This document shows positions 1 to 8,290 of a stretch of 29,018 bases of DNA, in pieces. The stretch is from a virus. Location: IMG/VR virus record IMGVR_UViG_3300018465_000004, positions 1 to 29,018 of that record. The stretch is one strand, 5' to 3'. A program made the position numbers and the translations under genes. The notes below the pieces were generated by a model. It was not told the DNA's origin. It did not search any database and saw only the letters and a list, made by a program, of their open reading frames with translations. The number at the start of each line of letters is the position of its first letter. Within the stretch, counting starts at the first letter, position 1.

Positions 1-2
1 GC

Positions 3-113
3 CGCAGCGACATCGACGGACACACCCGCCTCGTCGACGAATACTGGCAACTGGATTGGCGTAAGCAGCACCGAATCACGTTCTGGCTGAATCGGGCCGG
101 GCTCAACCGGTAA
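3..113 (+). CDS. 3' end of a truncated hypothetical protein (RSDIDGHTRLVDEYWQLDWRKQHRITFWLNRAGLNR*)
   Basis: Open frame from the window start to TAA at 111-113 with GC-rich third positions. Confidence 0.5.
   Translation, partial: RSDIDGHTRLVDEYWQLDWRKQHRITFWLNRAGLNR
86..112 (+). promoter_or_regulatory. Recurring motif copy (GCTGAAT-N15-CGGTA)
   Basis: Upstream of the holin-like gene; overlaps the previous stop codon. Confidence 0.45.
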
Positions 114-153
114 TAGAGGACAAGACCGCGCTCAAAGCCCGGAGGAGTCCACG

Positions 154-528
154 GTGGAATTCATTCCCGCAGTCGCAATGCTCGCGCTCATTCTCAAGGT
201 GGTCGACTTCACGCGGTACGCCCGCAACGGAGACTCCAACGGTGTCATCACCCAGCTAGTAACCTGGGCGGCCGGAGTTCTCATCGTTATGCTCGCAGCC
301 AAGACCCAGTGGGCCGACGGAATCCAGATCGGCGACCGGCCGCTGTCGGTACTCGACATCTGGTCCCAGCTATTTGCGGGACTGTCCGTCGGATCCGGCG
401 CCTCAGTAGTCAAGGACACCCTCAAGAGCGTGGACAACACCAACTCCTCGGCAATCCCCACCCTGCTCCCGGTCGGACCGGGAAAGACCAGACGCAATCC
501 CGCCGGCAATCCCCGGGACACCGGGTGA
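154..528 (+). CDS. Holin-like membrane protein
   Basis: GGAGG RBS; 2-3 hydrophobic segments; GLSVGSGASVVKD helix and charged C-terminal tail typical of actinophage holins. Confidence 0.6.
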   Translation: MEFIPAVAMLALILKVVDFTRYARNGDSNGVITQLVTWAAGVLIVMLAAKTQWADGIQIGDRPLSVLDIWSQLFAGLSVGSGASVVKDTLKSVDNTNSSAIPTLLPVGPGKTRRNPAGNPRDTG

Positions 529-965
529 GCCCGATGGTCGCGATCGCGTCGCCGGACGAGCCGCGCCGCAATCCGCGGCGCAGCCGCCCGGTGGATGTCT
601 CCCACTTCGCGACGGACATCGACAACGCCCTGCGGGCCTTTACCGACGACGTCACCTACGCGGTGGCAATGGCCCGCTCCGCGGTCACCATCGTCCGCAA
701 GCGCGGCGTCTGGCAAGCCCGCCGGGACGCCCGCGCGGCCGAAAGCGCCGCCCACGCTGAGTGCCGCAACGCGAAGCCCTTCACCTGCCTGGCCCTCAGC
801 CCGTGCGGTACCGGGGACTGCAAGTACGCACAAGGCGAAATGACCCTGTTGGACATTCCCGACGCGGACGGACCCACCGCCCGACCCCAGGCCAGCCGCG
901 CTGGCCGGTACAGCATCGAGAGCGTAGTCGAGCCGTTGATCGCGCTCCGCGCCTCACGGCAGTAA
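525..965 (+). CDS. Hypothetical protein with a Cys cluster
   Basis: GTGA overlap with the holin stop; GC3-rich codons. Confidence 0.65.
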   Translation: MSPMVAIASPDEPRRNPRRSRPVDVSHFATDIDNALRAFTDDVTYAVAMARSAVTIVRKRGVWQARRDARAAESAAHAECRNAKPFTCLALSPCGTGDCKYAQGEMTLLDIPDADGPTARPQASRAGRYSIESVVEPLIALRASRQ

Positions 966-986
966 GAACACCCCCACCCGCCGGTA
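960..986 (+). promoter_or_regulatory. Recurring motif copy (CAGTAAG-N15-CGGTA)
   Basis: Upstream of the SNF2-HNH-sigma operon. Confidence 0.45.
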
Positions 987-1020
987 GTAGCAGACAGCGC
1001 TACTACCGAGGGGACACCTG

Positions 1021-2676
1021 TTGCTGGTTGACGTCCGGCGCCTATCCCGCGAGACCCGGCTCGCCGCCGCGGACCGGATCCGGGTACTGACCGATTTCAC
1101 CCTGCCCCGGCTGGAATGGTTCAACTCCGACCCCTGCGGCCGGCACGCCAGCCTGGAGGAGGGCGTCAACCAAATCCCGCCGTGCCGGCACTGCGGCATC
1201 CGGTTCCGTAAGCACCAGCGGGTCGGCATCGCCTGGCTCTACATGCGCGGCAAGGGGCTGATCGCCGACCAGGTCGGCACCGGCAAGACCGCCCAGGCCG
1301 CCGGGTTGATCGCCGCCATGAAGCAGGTCGGAGAACTCGACGACGGGCGGGTCCTGGTCGTCTGCAAGACCGCCGCAGCCGGCCAGTGGGTACGTGAGAT
1401 GAAGCGGTTCCTGCCCAAGCTGCTGACCACCTGCGCCGTCGGTACCCGCCGGCAGCGCATCGAGAGGTACCTCGCCCACTGGGAAATCCTGGTCACCGGC
1501 CACCAGATGTTCCTCGCCGACGCCGACCTCATCGACAAGACCGGCGTGCGCACGATGGTCATCGACGACGTCGACGTCCTGCGCAACCCCGGCAACCGCA
1601 CCGCCTACCACCTCAAGCGGCTGGCCCGGGAATGCGAGCGGGTCGTGATCCTCACCGGGACGCCGTTGCAGAAGCGGCTCGTTGAGCTGCACTCCATCCT
1701 CGAACCCCTCGACGGCTGGCAGGTGTTCGGGTCGGCGACCCGGTTCAAGGCCGCCTACCTGCGTGAAGAACTGGTGCGCATCTACAGCCCGCAGGCCGGG
1801 CGGAAAGTCAACATCAAGCAGACCGTCGGCTACAAGAACCTCGACGACTTCAAAGTCAAGTTCGCCCCGTTCGTGATGCGCCGGACCCCTGCCGACATCG
1901 ACGACGTCGAGCTGCCGGTCATCAGCCCACACACCGTCTGGCTCGACCTGCACCGCGCCCAACGTGACCGCTACGACCAGCTCCGCAAAGGCGTCCTGAA
2001 GATACTTCGCGCCGAGGGTGCCCTGGTCAAGAAGGCCAAGGCGATGGCCCAGTTCACCTACGGCGCCCAGATCTGCGCCGGACTGTCCACCCTCGGTGAA
2101 CCGGACGGCCCCGGCTCCAGCGTCAAGCTCGACTGGATCGAACGGGCCATTGTGGACGGCGACCTCTCCGACGAGAAGGTCGTGGTCTTCTGCCGGTTCA
2201 CCGACACCGTCAGCGCGTTGATGGCGCGCCTGAACCGGGCCGGTGTCGGCCTCGGGGTTATCTGGGGGCGGGAGCGGAACAAGCAGATCCGCGACGGCGT
2301 CCAGGAACGCTTCTGGGACGACCCGGCGTGCCGGGTCCTCATCGGAACCGAGGCCATCGAACAGTCGCTGAACCTGCAAAACGCCAGACACCTGGTCAAC
2401 CTCGACCAGCTGATGAACCCCGCCCGCATGCAGCAGCTTGCCGGCCGGATCCGCCGTGACGGCTCGGCGTACCGCACGGTCTACGTCACCAACCTGCTGG
2501 TGCGCGGCACACAGGAGGACGGCTACCTCGACCTGCTCCAACGCGAGCAGGCCCTCGCCGACCACGTCTGGGAGGAGACCAACCAGCTCTTCGAGGCCCT
2601 CAGCCCGCTCGCCCTGCTCCAGCTCATCGGCCGAAGCGGAGGCCGCAACCCGACCGGATCGGATGTCAACGCATGA
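1021..2676 (+). CDS. SNF2-family (SF2) helicase/ATPase
   Basis: Motif I ADQVGTGKT, motif II variant IDDVD, motif III LTGTPLQ, KVVVFCRF, motif V QSLNLQ, motif VI QLAGRIRRDG. Confidence 0.9.
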   Translation: MLVDVRRLSRETRLAAADRIRVLTDFTLPRLEWFNSDPCGRHASLEEGVNQIPPCRHCGIRFRKHQRVGIAWLYMRGKGLIADQVGTGKTAQAAGLIAAMKQVGELDDGRVLVVCKTAAAGQWVREMKRFLPKLLTTCAVGTRRQRIERYLAHWEILVTGHQMFLADADLIDKTGVRTMVIDDVDVLRNPGNRTAYHLKRLARECERVVILTGTPLQKRLVELHSILEPLDGWQVFGSATRFKAAYLREELVRIYSPQAGRKVNIKQTVGYKNLDDFKVKFAPFVMRRTPADIDDVELPVISPHTVWLDLHRAQRDRYDQLRKGVLKILRAEGALVKKAKAMAQFTYGAQICAGLSTLGEPDGPGSSVKLDWIERAIVDGDLSDEKVVVFCRFTDTVSALMARLNRAGVGLGVIWGRERNKQIRDGVQERFWDDPACRVLIGTEAIEQSLNLQNARHLVNLDQLMNPARMQQLAGRIRRDGSAYRTVYVTNLLVRGTQEDGYLDLLQREQALADHVWEETNQLFEALSPLALLQLIGRSGGRNPTGSDVNA

Positions 2677-2963
2677 ACCTGCTCGATGCCGCAACGTACC
2701 CCTGCCAGATCCACAAGCAGCACTACCCCGTGCCGCGGACCAGCGTGCGACACCACATCTGGCCGGTTGAGCACGGCGGCCCGGACACCGAGGACAACGT
2801 CGTCTACGTCTGCCCGACCTCCAAAGGCAACCTGGAACAGCTCCTCCAGGAATACCTGTGGTCCCAGGGCCAGGCCCCGCAGTTGTTCACCAGGCGCTAC
2901 AGCCAGAAGGAACGCGAGCTGGCCGAACTCGGGTGGGCGCGCATCAAGCGTCAGGCGATGTAA
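2673..2963 (+). CDS. HNH endonuclease-like protein (degenerate)
   Basis: HHIWP-x3-GG-x5-N-x4-CP pattern; ATGA overlap with the SNF2 gene. Confidence 0.75.
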   Translation: MNLLDAATYPCQIHKQHYPVPRTSVRHHIWPVEHGGPDTEDNVVYVCPTSKGNLEQLLQEYLWSQGQAPQLFTRRYSQKERELAELGWARIKRQAM

Positions 2964-3650
2964 GTGGACACCGAGGCGCTCATCAACACCCACCTCGGCC
3001 TGGCCCACTCCCTGGCCCTCCAGGTCTGGCGCACCGCCCCGCACGCCCTGGACTTCGACGAGCTGCGCGCGATCGCCAACCTCGGCCTGGTCGCCGCCGC
3101 GGTGCGCTGGGAGCCCTACTGCATCGAGAATGACTTCAGCCCCGAGGCCCTGGAGTACTTCAAGCCGTTCGTGGTCCGCCGCGTCTACGGCGCCTTGATC
3201 GACGCCAGCCGCCAGGCGGACTGGGCCACCCGAAGCCTCCGTACCCGGGCCAAGGCACTCCAGGAAGCCGGCCAGGACAAGGGTTTGTCCCACGCCGAAC
3301 TGGCCGAGCGGACCGGGATGAGCATCAAGGAGGTCCGCGCCACCGTCCGGGACATGGCGCAGCGGCCCGTCTCCCTGGAAGGGGAGGAGATCGAGCCCAG
3401 CTCCCGGCAGAACGTCGAGTCCTCCGTCATCACCCAGACCGTGCTCAACAGCGTGGTCGTCGCCATCCGCGGCCTGCCCAGGGACCAGCAGGCCGTGGTC
3501 GCCCTGCACTACCACCGCGGCCTCCAGCTCCAGGAGGTCGCCAAGACCATGTCCATCACCGAATCCCGCGCCTCCCAGCTGCACGCCGAGGCCGTCCTGG
3601 TCATCCACCGGGCGATGGTCAGCGCCGCCGAAGACCACGACCAATGCTGA
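2964..3650 (+). CDS. Sigma-70 family RNA polymerase sigma factor, WhiG/FliA (sigma28)-like
   Basis: Region 2 RRVYGALIDASRQADWATRSLR resembles WhiG RGAMIDELRALDWIPRSVR; region 3 ELAERTGMSIKEV; region 4 LQEVAKTMSITESRASQLH. Confidence 0.88.
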   Translation: MDTEALINTHLGLAHSLALQVWRTAPHALDFDELRAIANLGLVAAAVRWEPYCIENDFSPEALEYFKPFVVRRVYGALIDASRQADWATRSLRTRAKALQEAGQDKGLSHAELAERTGMSIKEVRATVRDMAQRPVSLEGEEIEPSSRQNVESSVITQTVLNSVVVAIRGLPRDQQAVVALHYHRGLQLQEVAKTMSITESRASQLHAEAVLVIHRAMVSAAEDHDQC

Positions 3651-4051
3651 CCCCGGCCGAGAAGCAGGCCGGACGGCTGTTCCGCGCCGCGGAGGAAGAA
3701 GTACTCACACGGTCCTTCCTGGAAGACCCGCCGACCTACACCGTGCTGCCGGTGTCCGGGCAGTACCGGCACGAGTGCCCCCGCCGGCAGGGCCGCTCCA
3801 CAGCGCTGAGCCTGCACGAGGTGTACGTCCGGTCCCCACAGACCGACATCGCTGAACCGGACGGAAAGACCACAGTTCCCGCCGGCCGGTTCGCGTTCAT
3901 CTTCCGTGAGGGCCGCTGCCGGTTCTGCGGCCAGATAGCCCGCAGCAACCGGGGCCGACTTGTTGACGCAAGTCAGCGTCATCCGTTGCTCGGCAGGGTA
4001 ATTGACCGGGCAGGCCCGATAGAACCAGATGGTTCTGCGCCCGGACCTTGA
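3644..4051 (+). CDS. Hypothetical protein (HxC...CxxC, possible Zn binding)
   Basis: Overlaps the sigma gene stop; GC3 bias. Confidence 0.65.
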   Translation: MLTPAEKQAGRLFRAAEEEVLTRSFLEDPPTYTVLPVSGQYRHECPRRQGRSTALSLHEVYVRSPQTDIAEPDGKTTVPAGRFAFIFREGRCRFCGQIARSNRGRLVDASQRHPLLGRVIDRAGPIEPDGSAPGP

Positions 4052-4061
4052 GGAGAAGAAC

Positions 4062-4199
4062 ATGGCTGACAAGACCGACGCTGGGCACGAGTCGACGTGG
4101 GGCGCCAGCGAGGCCAAGAAGATCAAGTGGCAGGAAACCAAGGGCAAGGCCGTCCGCAAGGCGACCGAAAAGGCCAATGAGGAGCGCGACAATGCCTGA
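4062..4199 (+). CDS. Small charged protein, 45 aa (MADKTDAGHESTWGASEAKKIKWQETKGKAVRKATEKANEERDNA)
   Basis: GAGGAG RBS before ATG 4062; not in the ORF track because of its size. Confidence 0.6.
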   Translation: MADKTDAGHESTWGASEAKKIKWQETKGKAVRKATEKANEERDNA

Positions 4200-4386
4200 C
4201 CGCAACCGGAACCCCGACGACGCCGCAGAGAACCGCAACCCCAACGAGGACCAGCACGACGCTGAAGGCGGCAGCCACGGCACTGAGCCGGGCACCGGTA
4301 ACGAGCCGGGTGGCGACACCTACGGCGGAGGCCCTGGCGACCCGGTCCCCGGCGGAATCAACCAGACCGGCTCCGCGGGTCGCTAG
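4192..4386 (+). CDS. Small low-complexity Gly/Pro/Asp/Asn-rich protein, 64 aa
   Basis: GAGGAG RBS before ATG 4192; overlaps the previous ORF. Confidence 0.6.
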   Translation: MPDRNRNPDDAAENRNPNEDQHDAEGGSHGTEPGTGNEPGGDTYGGGPGDPVPGGINQTGSAGR

Positions 4387-4390
4387 CCAA

Positions 4391-4416
4391 GCGGAAACCG
4401 TGACCCCGTCACGGTA
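4391..4416 (+). promoter_or_regulatory. Recurring motif copy (GCGGAAA-N14-CGGTA)
   Basis: Intergenic, upstream of the operon leading to dnaB. Confidence 0.6.
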
Positions 4417-4454
4417 GAAGCAGGCACCAGCCCCGTACGGAAAGGCCCGGAGCA

Positions 4455-4796
4455 GTGACCCAAATCCATCGCATCCCCGCTCCGAGCCTCCCCTCTGTAC
4501 CCCAGGTCAGGCAGAAGATGCCAGACCCGTTCCGCCGCCCCCGCATCGACCTCGACGGCGCCCGCCACGAGCGGCGGGAATGGCGTCACATCCTCGCCTC
4601 CGACATCCGCACCGGTGACATCGTCCCGGGCATCGGCCGGGTCCACACCGTCGACGAAGACCTCAGTGTGCTGTCCTCCCCGGACATCGCCACCACCAGC
4701 TGGACGATCGCCGTCACCGGCGGCGTCAACAACCGCCGCGTCTTCAACGGCCAAGAACTGGTGATGGTGTTCGCCGCCGTTGGGACCGAAAGGTGA
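4455..4796 (+). CDS. Hypothetical protein
   Basis: GGAG RBS; coupled to the next ORF. Confidence 0.65.
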   Translation: MTQIHRIPAPSLPSVPQVRQKMPDPFRRPRIDLDGARHERREWRHILASDIRTGDIVPGIGRVHTVDEDLSVLSSPDIATTSWTIAVTGGVNNRRVFNGQELVMVFAAVGTER

Positions 4797-5059
4797 CCAG
4801 CCTGCTCCTCGCGCAGGGCGAGCACTACTACCTGTCCACTGCCTGCCTGCACGGCAAGCACGACTACTGCGTGGCCGCGATCGTCACCGACGAAAACTTC
4901 GTAGCCCTCAGCACGGAGGAGACAGTTAGTTTCGCGACCGTCGGTCGCCGCAAGAAGCCGTCCGAGTGCAAGTTCTGCGACGCGAAATGCATCTGCCCCT
5001 GCCACCGCCCCGCGGAGCGGCAGCCAGACATCACGTCCAGCTTGACCGACCTGACGTGA
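4793..5059 (+). CDS. Small Cys/His-rich phage protein (YLSTACLHGKHDYC...CKFCDAKCICPCH)
   Basis: GTGA overlap; metal-binding motif pattern. Confidence 0.7.
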   Translation: MTSLLLAQGEHYYLSTACLHGKHDYCVAAIVTDENFVALSTEETVSFATVGRRKKPSECKFCDAKCICPCHRPAERQPDITSSLTDLT

Positions 5060-5259
5060 GCGAAACCCGCTACGGGTTCACCTGGGGTCCGGCAACAGTC
5101 GAACGCGTCACGCGCATCGAACGGCCCAACGGCACCTACCGGATCCTGCGGGTCACCACCGGGTGCCCGTCGCAGGCTCTGGACATCTACATCTCCCCGA
5201 CCGGCCGGTCGGTCCGGGTGTTCCGCAGCGGCAGCGAACTCAAGACGGGGGACTGTTGA
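5056..5259 (+). CDS. Small phage hypothetical protein (ETRYGFTWGPATVER...IYISPTGRSVRVFR)
   Basis: GTGA and TTGA overlaps at both ends. Confidence 0.65.
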   Translation: MSETRYGFTWGPATVERVTRIERPNGTYRILRVTTGCPSQALDIYISPTGRSVRVFRSGSELKTGDC

Positions 5260-6698
5260 GCACATCCTTCGACCACGGGGAAACCCTGCTCGCCGCGATC
5301 ATCCCGGACCGACGCGACCTGCTCGACACCGCGCTGCGCCACCTCACCCAGGAACACTTCACCGACCCGGTCCAGCGCAACATGTTCCTGCTGCTGGACC
5401 GCTATGCCGAAGTCACCGGCGCCATCCTCACCCGCAGTGCGCTGCTCGACCTGCTGCGCACCAACCGCGCCGACGCCGGCAAGGTAGCCCAGTACCAGGA
5501 GATCTACGACCTGCTCGCCGGAAAGCCCGCCGACGAGGCCGACTTCCGGTGGAGTCTGACCCAGCTGCGGGAGCTGGCCGCCGAACGCGCGACCGGTGAG
5601 GCGCTGACCTACGGCATGCAGATCCTGACCCGCGGCGCCGACGGGGACAAAGGCGAGACACTGCGCGGGCACGTCGACGCGCGCACCCAGATCCTGCAAC
5701 GCTTCGCTGAGATCGACCGCAACCTGTCCATGCAGGAAGCCCCCGAAGGCGACATGCGCGAAGAAGGCGACGACATGCTCGCCGACTACGCCGCCCGCAA
5801 ATCCGCCCGCACCAACGGGCGGGGCACCGGAATCATGTTCGGCATCCCCAGCCTCGACGAGAAGATCAACGGCATCCTGCCCGGGGAACTCGGACTCGTC
5901 GCCGGCTACACCTCGGAGGGCAAGACCTCCGCCGTCGTCCAGCTCGCCTGGAACGCCTCGGTGAACCAGGGCCGCAACGTCGTGGTGCTCACCACCGAGA
6001 CCTTGCGACCCCAGGTACGGCGCCGACTCATCGCCCGCCACTCCTGCCTGGAGCACTTCGGCATCGACGGCGGTCTCAACTCACGGCTCATCCGCCAGGG
6101 CAACCTCGACGCCGAGCAGGAGCGCCAGCTCGCCGCGGTCGTCGCTGACTTCACCCGCAACCCCGGCTACGGACACTGCTACCTGGTCCAGGTCCCGCGG
6201 GCGGCGTCGATCGGCTACATCGAGTCCAAACTGGTGCGCATCCAGCGGATGTTCCACATCGACCTGGCCATCGTGGACTACCTGGCCCTGCTGCGCCCCG
6301 ACCGGCGCCGGGCCACCGACCGGGAAGAACTCGGCGGCAACCTCAAGGAAGCCAAGCAGCTCGCCACCACCTTCAACGATGGCGCCGGCATCCCATTGAT
6401 CTCCCCGTGGCAGGTCAACCGGTCCAACCGGGAGCTGGCCGAGAAGTGCGGCTACTACACGGCCCAGTCGTTGTCGGAGACCGCGGAGGCGTCCAACAGC
6501 CCGGACCTGATCGTCACCCTGCTCGCCCCGTTGGACAACGACAAGCGGATTTGCACCCTGAAGATGCAGGTGCTGAAGAACCGCGACGGCGAAAAGGTCA
6601 GCGGCCTGGAGGTCCAGGTCGACTACGCGACCAGCCGGTTTGCCCTGCCCGCCCAGCGCCGCGAGCTGTTCGGCGGAAACGACCTGCTCGGCCTGTAG
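5256..6698 (+). CDS. dnaB: DnaB-like replicative helicase
   Basis: GIPSLDEKINGILPGELGLVAGYTSEGKTS (Walker A), IVDYLALL (Walker B), QVNR, KNRDGE; start set at the TTGA overlap. Confidence 0.9.
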   Translation: MSTSFDHGETLLAAIIPDRRDLLDTALRHLTQEHFTDPVQRNMFLLLDRYAEVTGAILTRSALLDLLRTNRADAGKVAQYQEIYDLLAGKPADEADFRWSLTQLRELAAERATGEALTYGMQILTRGADGDKGETLRGHVDARTQILQRFAEIDRNLSMQEAPEGDMREEGDDMLADYAARKSARTNGRGTGIMFGIPSLDEKINGILPGELGLVAGYTSEGKTSAVVQLAWNASVNQGRNVVVLTTETLRPQVRRRLIARHSCLEHFGIDGGLNSRLIRQGNLDAEQERQLAAVVADFTRNPGYGHCYLVQVPRAASIGYIESKLVRIQRMFHIDLAIVDYLALLRPDRRRATDREELGGNLKEAKQLATTFNDGAGIPLISPWQVNRSNRELAEKCGYYTAQSLSETAEASNSPDLIVTLLAPLDNDKRICTLKMQVLKNRDGEKVSGLEVQVDYATSRFALPAQRRELFGGNDLLGL

Positions 6699-6706
6699 GG
6701 GCGAGC

Positions 6707-6733
6707 GCGGAATCCGAGCCGTCCTCACCGGTA
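6707..6733 (+). promoter_or_regulatory. Recurring motif copy (GCGGAAT-N15-CGGTA)
   Basis: Ends 9 nt before the bldC ATG. Confidence 0.6.
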
Positions 6734-6742
6734 TGGGAGGGT

Positions 6743-6949
6743 ATGACGAAATTGAACCAGCCCGAGCGCCTGCTCACCCCGGCTGAGGTCGCCGCCCTGT
6801 TCCGGGTGGTCACCAAGACCGTGACCAGGTGGCAGACCTCCGGCAAGCTCACCGCGGTACGGACCCTGGGTGGGCACCGCCGCTACCGGGAATCGGAGGT
6901 GCGGGCGCTGCTGATGCACAACCCGCACATCGCCGACCCGCAGCAGTGA
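6743..6949 (+). CDS. bldC: BldC-family (MerR-like HTH) transcriptional regulator
   Basis: LLTPAEVAALFRVVTKTVTRWQTSGKLTAVRTLGGHRRYRESEVRALL closely follows Streptomyces BldC (LLTPAEVATMFRVDPKTVTRWAKAGKLTSIRTLGGHRRYREAEVRALL). Confidence 0.9.
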   Translation: MTKLNQPERLLTPAEVAALFRVVTKTVTRWQTSGKLTAVRTLGGHRRYRESEVRALLMHNPHIADPQQ

Positions 6950-7551
6950 ATCGTCGGGACCGGCGTGGGCCGCCCTCGCCGGTCACCGTCGCCAACGAGC
7001 AGGTTTCCATCCTGGCCGCCTGTCAGCTAATCGGGATGGACCTGCCCGACCACCTCGCCTACGGCCGCAACCCCAAGATCTACTGCCCGTTCGGCGAGCT
7101 GTACCACGTGGACTCCGGCGCTGAGGCCGCCATGCGGATCTACGTCGAAAGCAACCACCTGTGGTGCTTCGCCGGCTGCGGCTACTTCAGCCCGGTCAGC
7201 CTCGTCGCCCGCGCATTCGACCTGCCCCACCGGGTCGCCGCGGACGAGCTGCTGGAGCGCGCCGGCATCCGACCGCCGACCCCGGACGAGGTGTGGCGCT
7301 CCGCCGTCGGGCACCACGAGCCGCCCGACCGGGACCTGCTCGCCGAGGCGCTCAAGACCTTCTGCCGCCGGCAGGATCCCGGCTGGGACGACACCCAGTT
7401 CCACCCCGGGGTCGCCCCGGTGCTCAGCCGCTGTCTCGCCCTGCTCGACCACGTCGACTCCGACGAGGCCGCCGCACAATGGCTCTCCGGTTGCAAGGAG
7501 GCGATGTCCCGGACTCTGGCCGTCCGGAGGACTATGGACACGCCTAGCTAG
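6946..7551 (+). CDS. CHC2 zinc-finger (DnaG primase Zn-binding domain) protein without TOPRIM
   Basis: CPF-x4-H-x-D...WCFAGCG pattern; GTGA overlap with bldC. Confidence 0.75.
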   Translation: MNRRDRRGPPSPVTVANEQVSILAACQLIGMDLPDHLAYGRNPKIYCPFGELYHVDSGAEAAMRIYVESNHLWCFAGCGYFSPVSLVARAFDLPHRVAADELLERAGIRPPTPDEVWRSAVGHHEPPDRDLLAEALKTFCRRQDPGWDDTQFHPGVAPVLSRCLALLDHVDSDEAAAQWLSGCKEAMSRTLAVRRTMDTPS

Positions 7552-7598
7552 GCGCTAGGGTTGTGCACAGTACCTCGCACCCTAAGGAGTCGTGACCT

Positions 7599-7877
7599 AT
7601 GGCCCGAGCGCCCGGAACGCTGCACAACACCTCGACCGCGGCAGGCATCAACGTCAGGCCGTTGGAGGACTGGCTCACCTTCGAGGAGGTCGCCCAGTTG
7701 TTCGGGATCACCCGTGGAGGCGTCGCCCATGCGGTCTGGCACTCGCAGGTCTTCGACTTCGATCGGGACGTCCGCGTGGTCTCCCGGATCTTCGTCGTGC
7801 GCAGGAGCGCCGTCATGCGGGAGAAGGCCCGTCGCGAGGCGGAGCGCGCGCAGACGGTCGCCGCGGAACGAGCCTAA
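7599..7877 (+). CDS. HTH DNA-binding protein
   Basis: AAGGAG RBS; WLTFEEVAQLFGITRGGV helix-turn-helix. Confidence 0.7.
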   Translation: MARAPGTLHNTSTAAGINVRPLEDWLTFEEVAQLFGITRGGVAHAVWHSQVFDFDRDVRVVSRIFVVRRSAVMREKARREAERAQTVAAERA

Positions 7878-7904
7878 AATCCCGCCAGAAAAGTTGGCCG
7901 CAGA

Positions 7905-7930
7905 GCGTAAAAGCCGCACGTGCCGCCGTA
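7905..7930 (+). promoter_or_regulatory. Recurring motif copy (GCGTAAA-N14-CCGTA)
   Basis: Intergenic, upstream of ORF 7975. Confidence 0.5.
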
Positions 7931-7974
7931 GAAGAGGGCGAGGTTGTTTTACGTCAAACAGGAGGTAACACACG

Positions 7975-8196
7975 GTGGCTAAGGTCAGGCTCGGCGACAC
8001 GGTTCGCTACACCGATGGTGCCGGTTTCGAGAAGGCGGCGCTCGTCGTCGGTACCCGGCGCTCGGTCCAGGACGGGACGGCGATCAAGCGTCCCGAGAAG
8101 GGCAGCGCGAACCTGCGGATCTACAGCCCGTCCGGGCAGGTCTACACGCGGGAGAACGTCCCCCAGGGCGACGGGCCGCGCACCTTCGCTCTCTGA
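7975..8196 (+). CDS. Small beta-rich phage hypothetical protein
   Basis: AGGAGG RBS; strong GC3 bias. Confidence 0.75.
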   Translation: MAKVRLGDTVRYTDGAGFEKAALVVGTRRSVQDGTAIKRPEKGSANLRIYSPSGQVYTRENVPQGDGPRTFAL

Positions 8197-8239
8197 GCAG
8201 CACTATCCGAGTGTGCTGACGGACATACTCGGAACACAA

Positions 8240-8273
8240 CGGTGGCCCGGTACCGCACGGTACCGGGCCACCG
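8240..8273. terminator. Perfect 16-bp inverted repeat (terminator or operator)
   Basis: CGGTGGCCCGGTACCG-CA-CGGTACCGGGCCACCG in an intergenic gap. Confidence 0.6.
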
Positions 8274-8290
8274 GTCTGAATGGGGGAGTC

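Noticed and set aside
1042-2694. 550-aa minus-strand ORF (likewise 2523..3644, 5187..6056, 9543..10988)
   Set aside because: Antisense shadows of GC3-rich plus-strand genes that have clear family motifs
6673-6697. Extra motif copy GCGGAAA...CTGTA at the dnaB end
   Set aside because: 13-nt spacer and a mismatched -10 inside coding sequence
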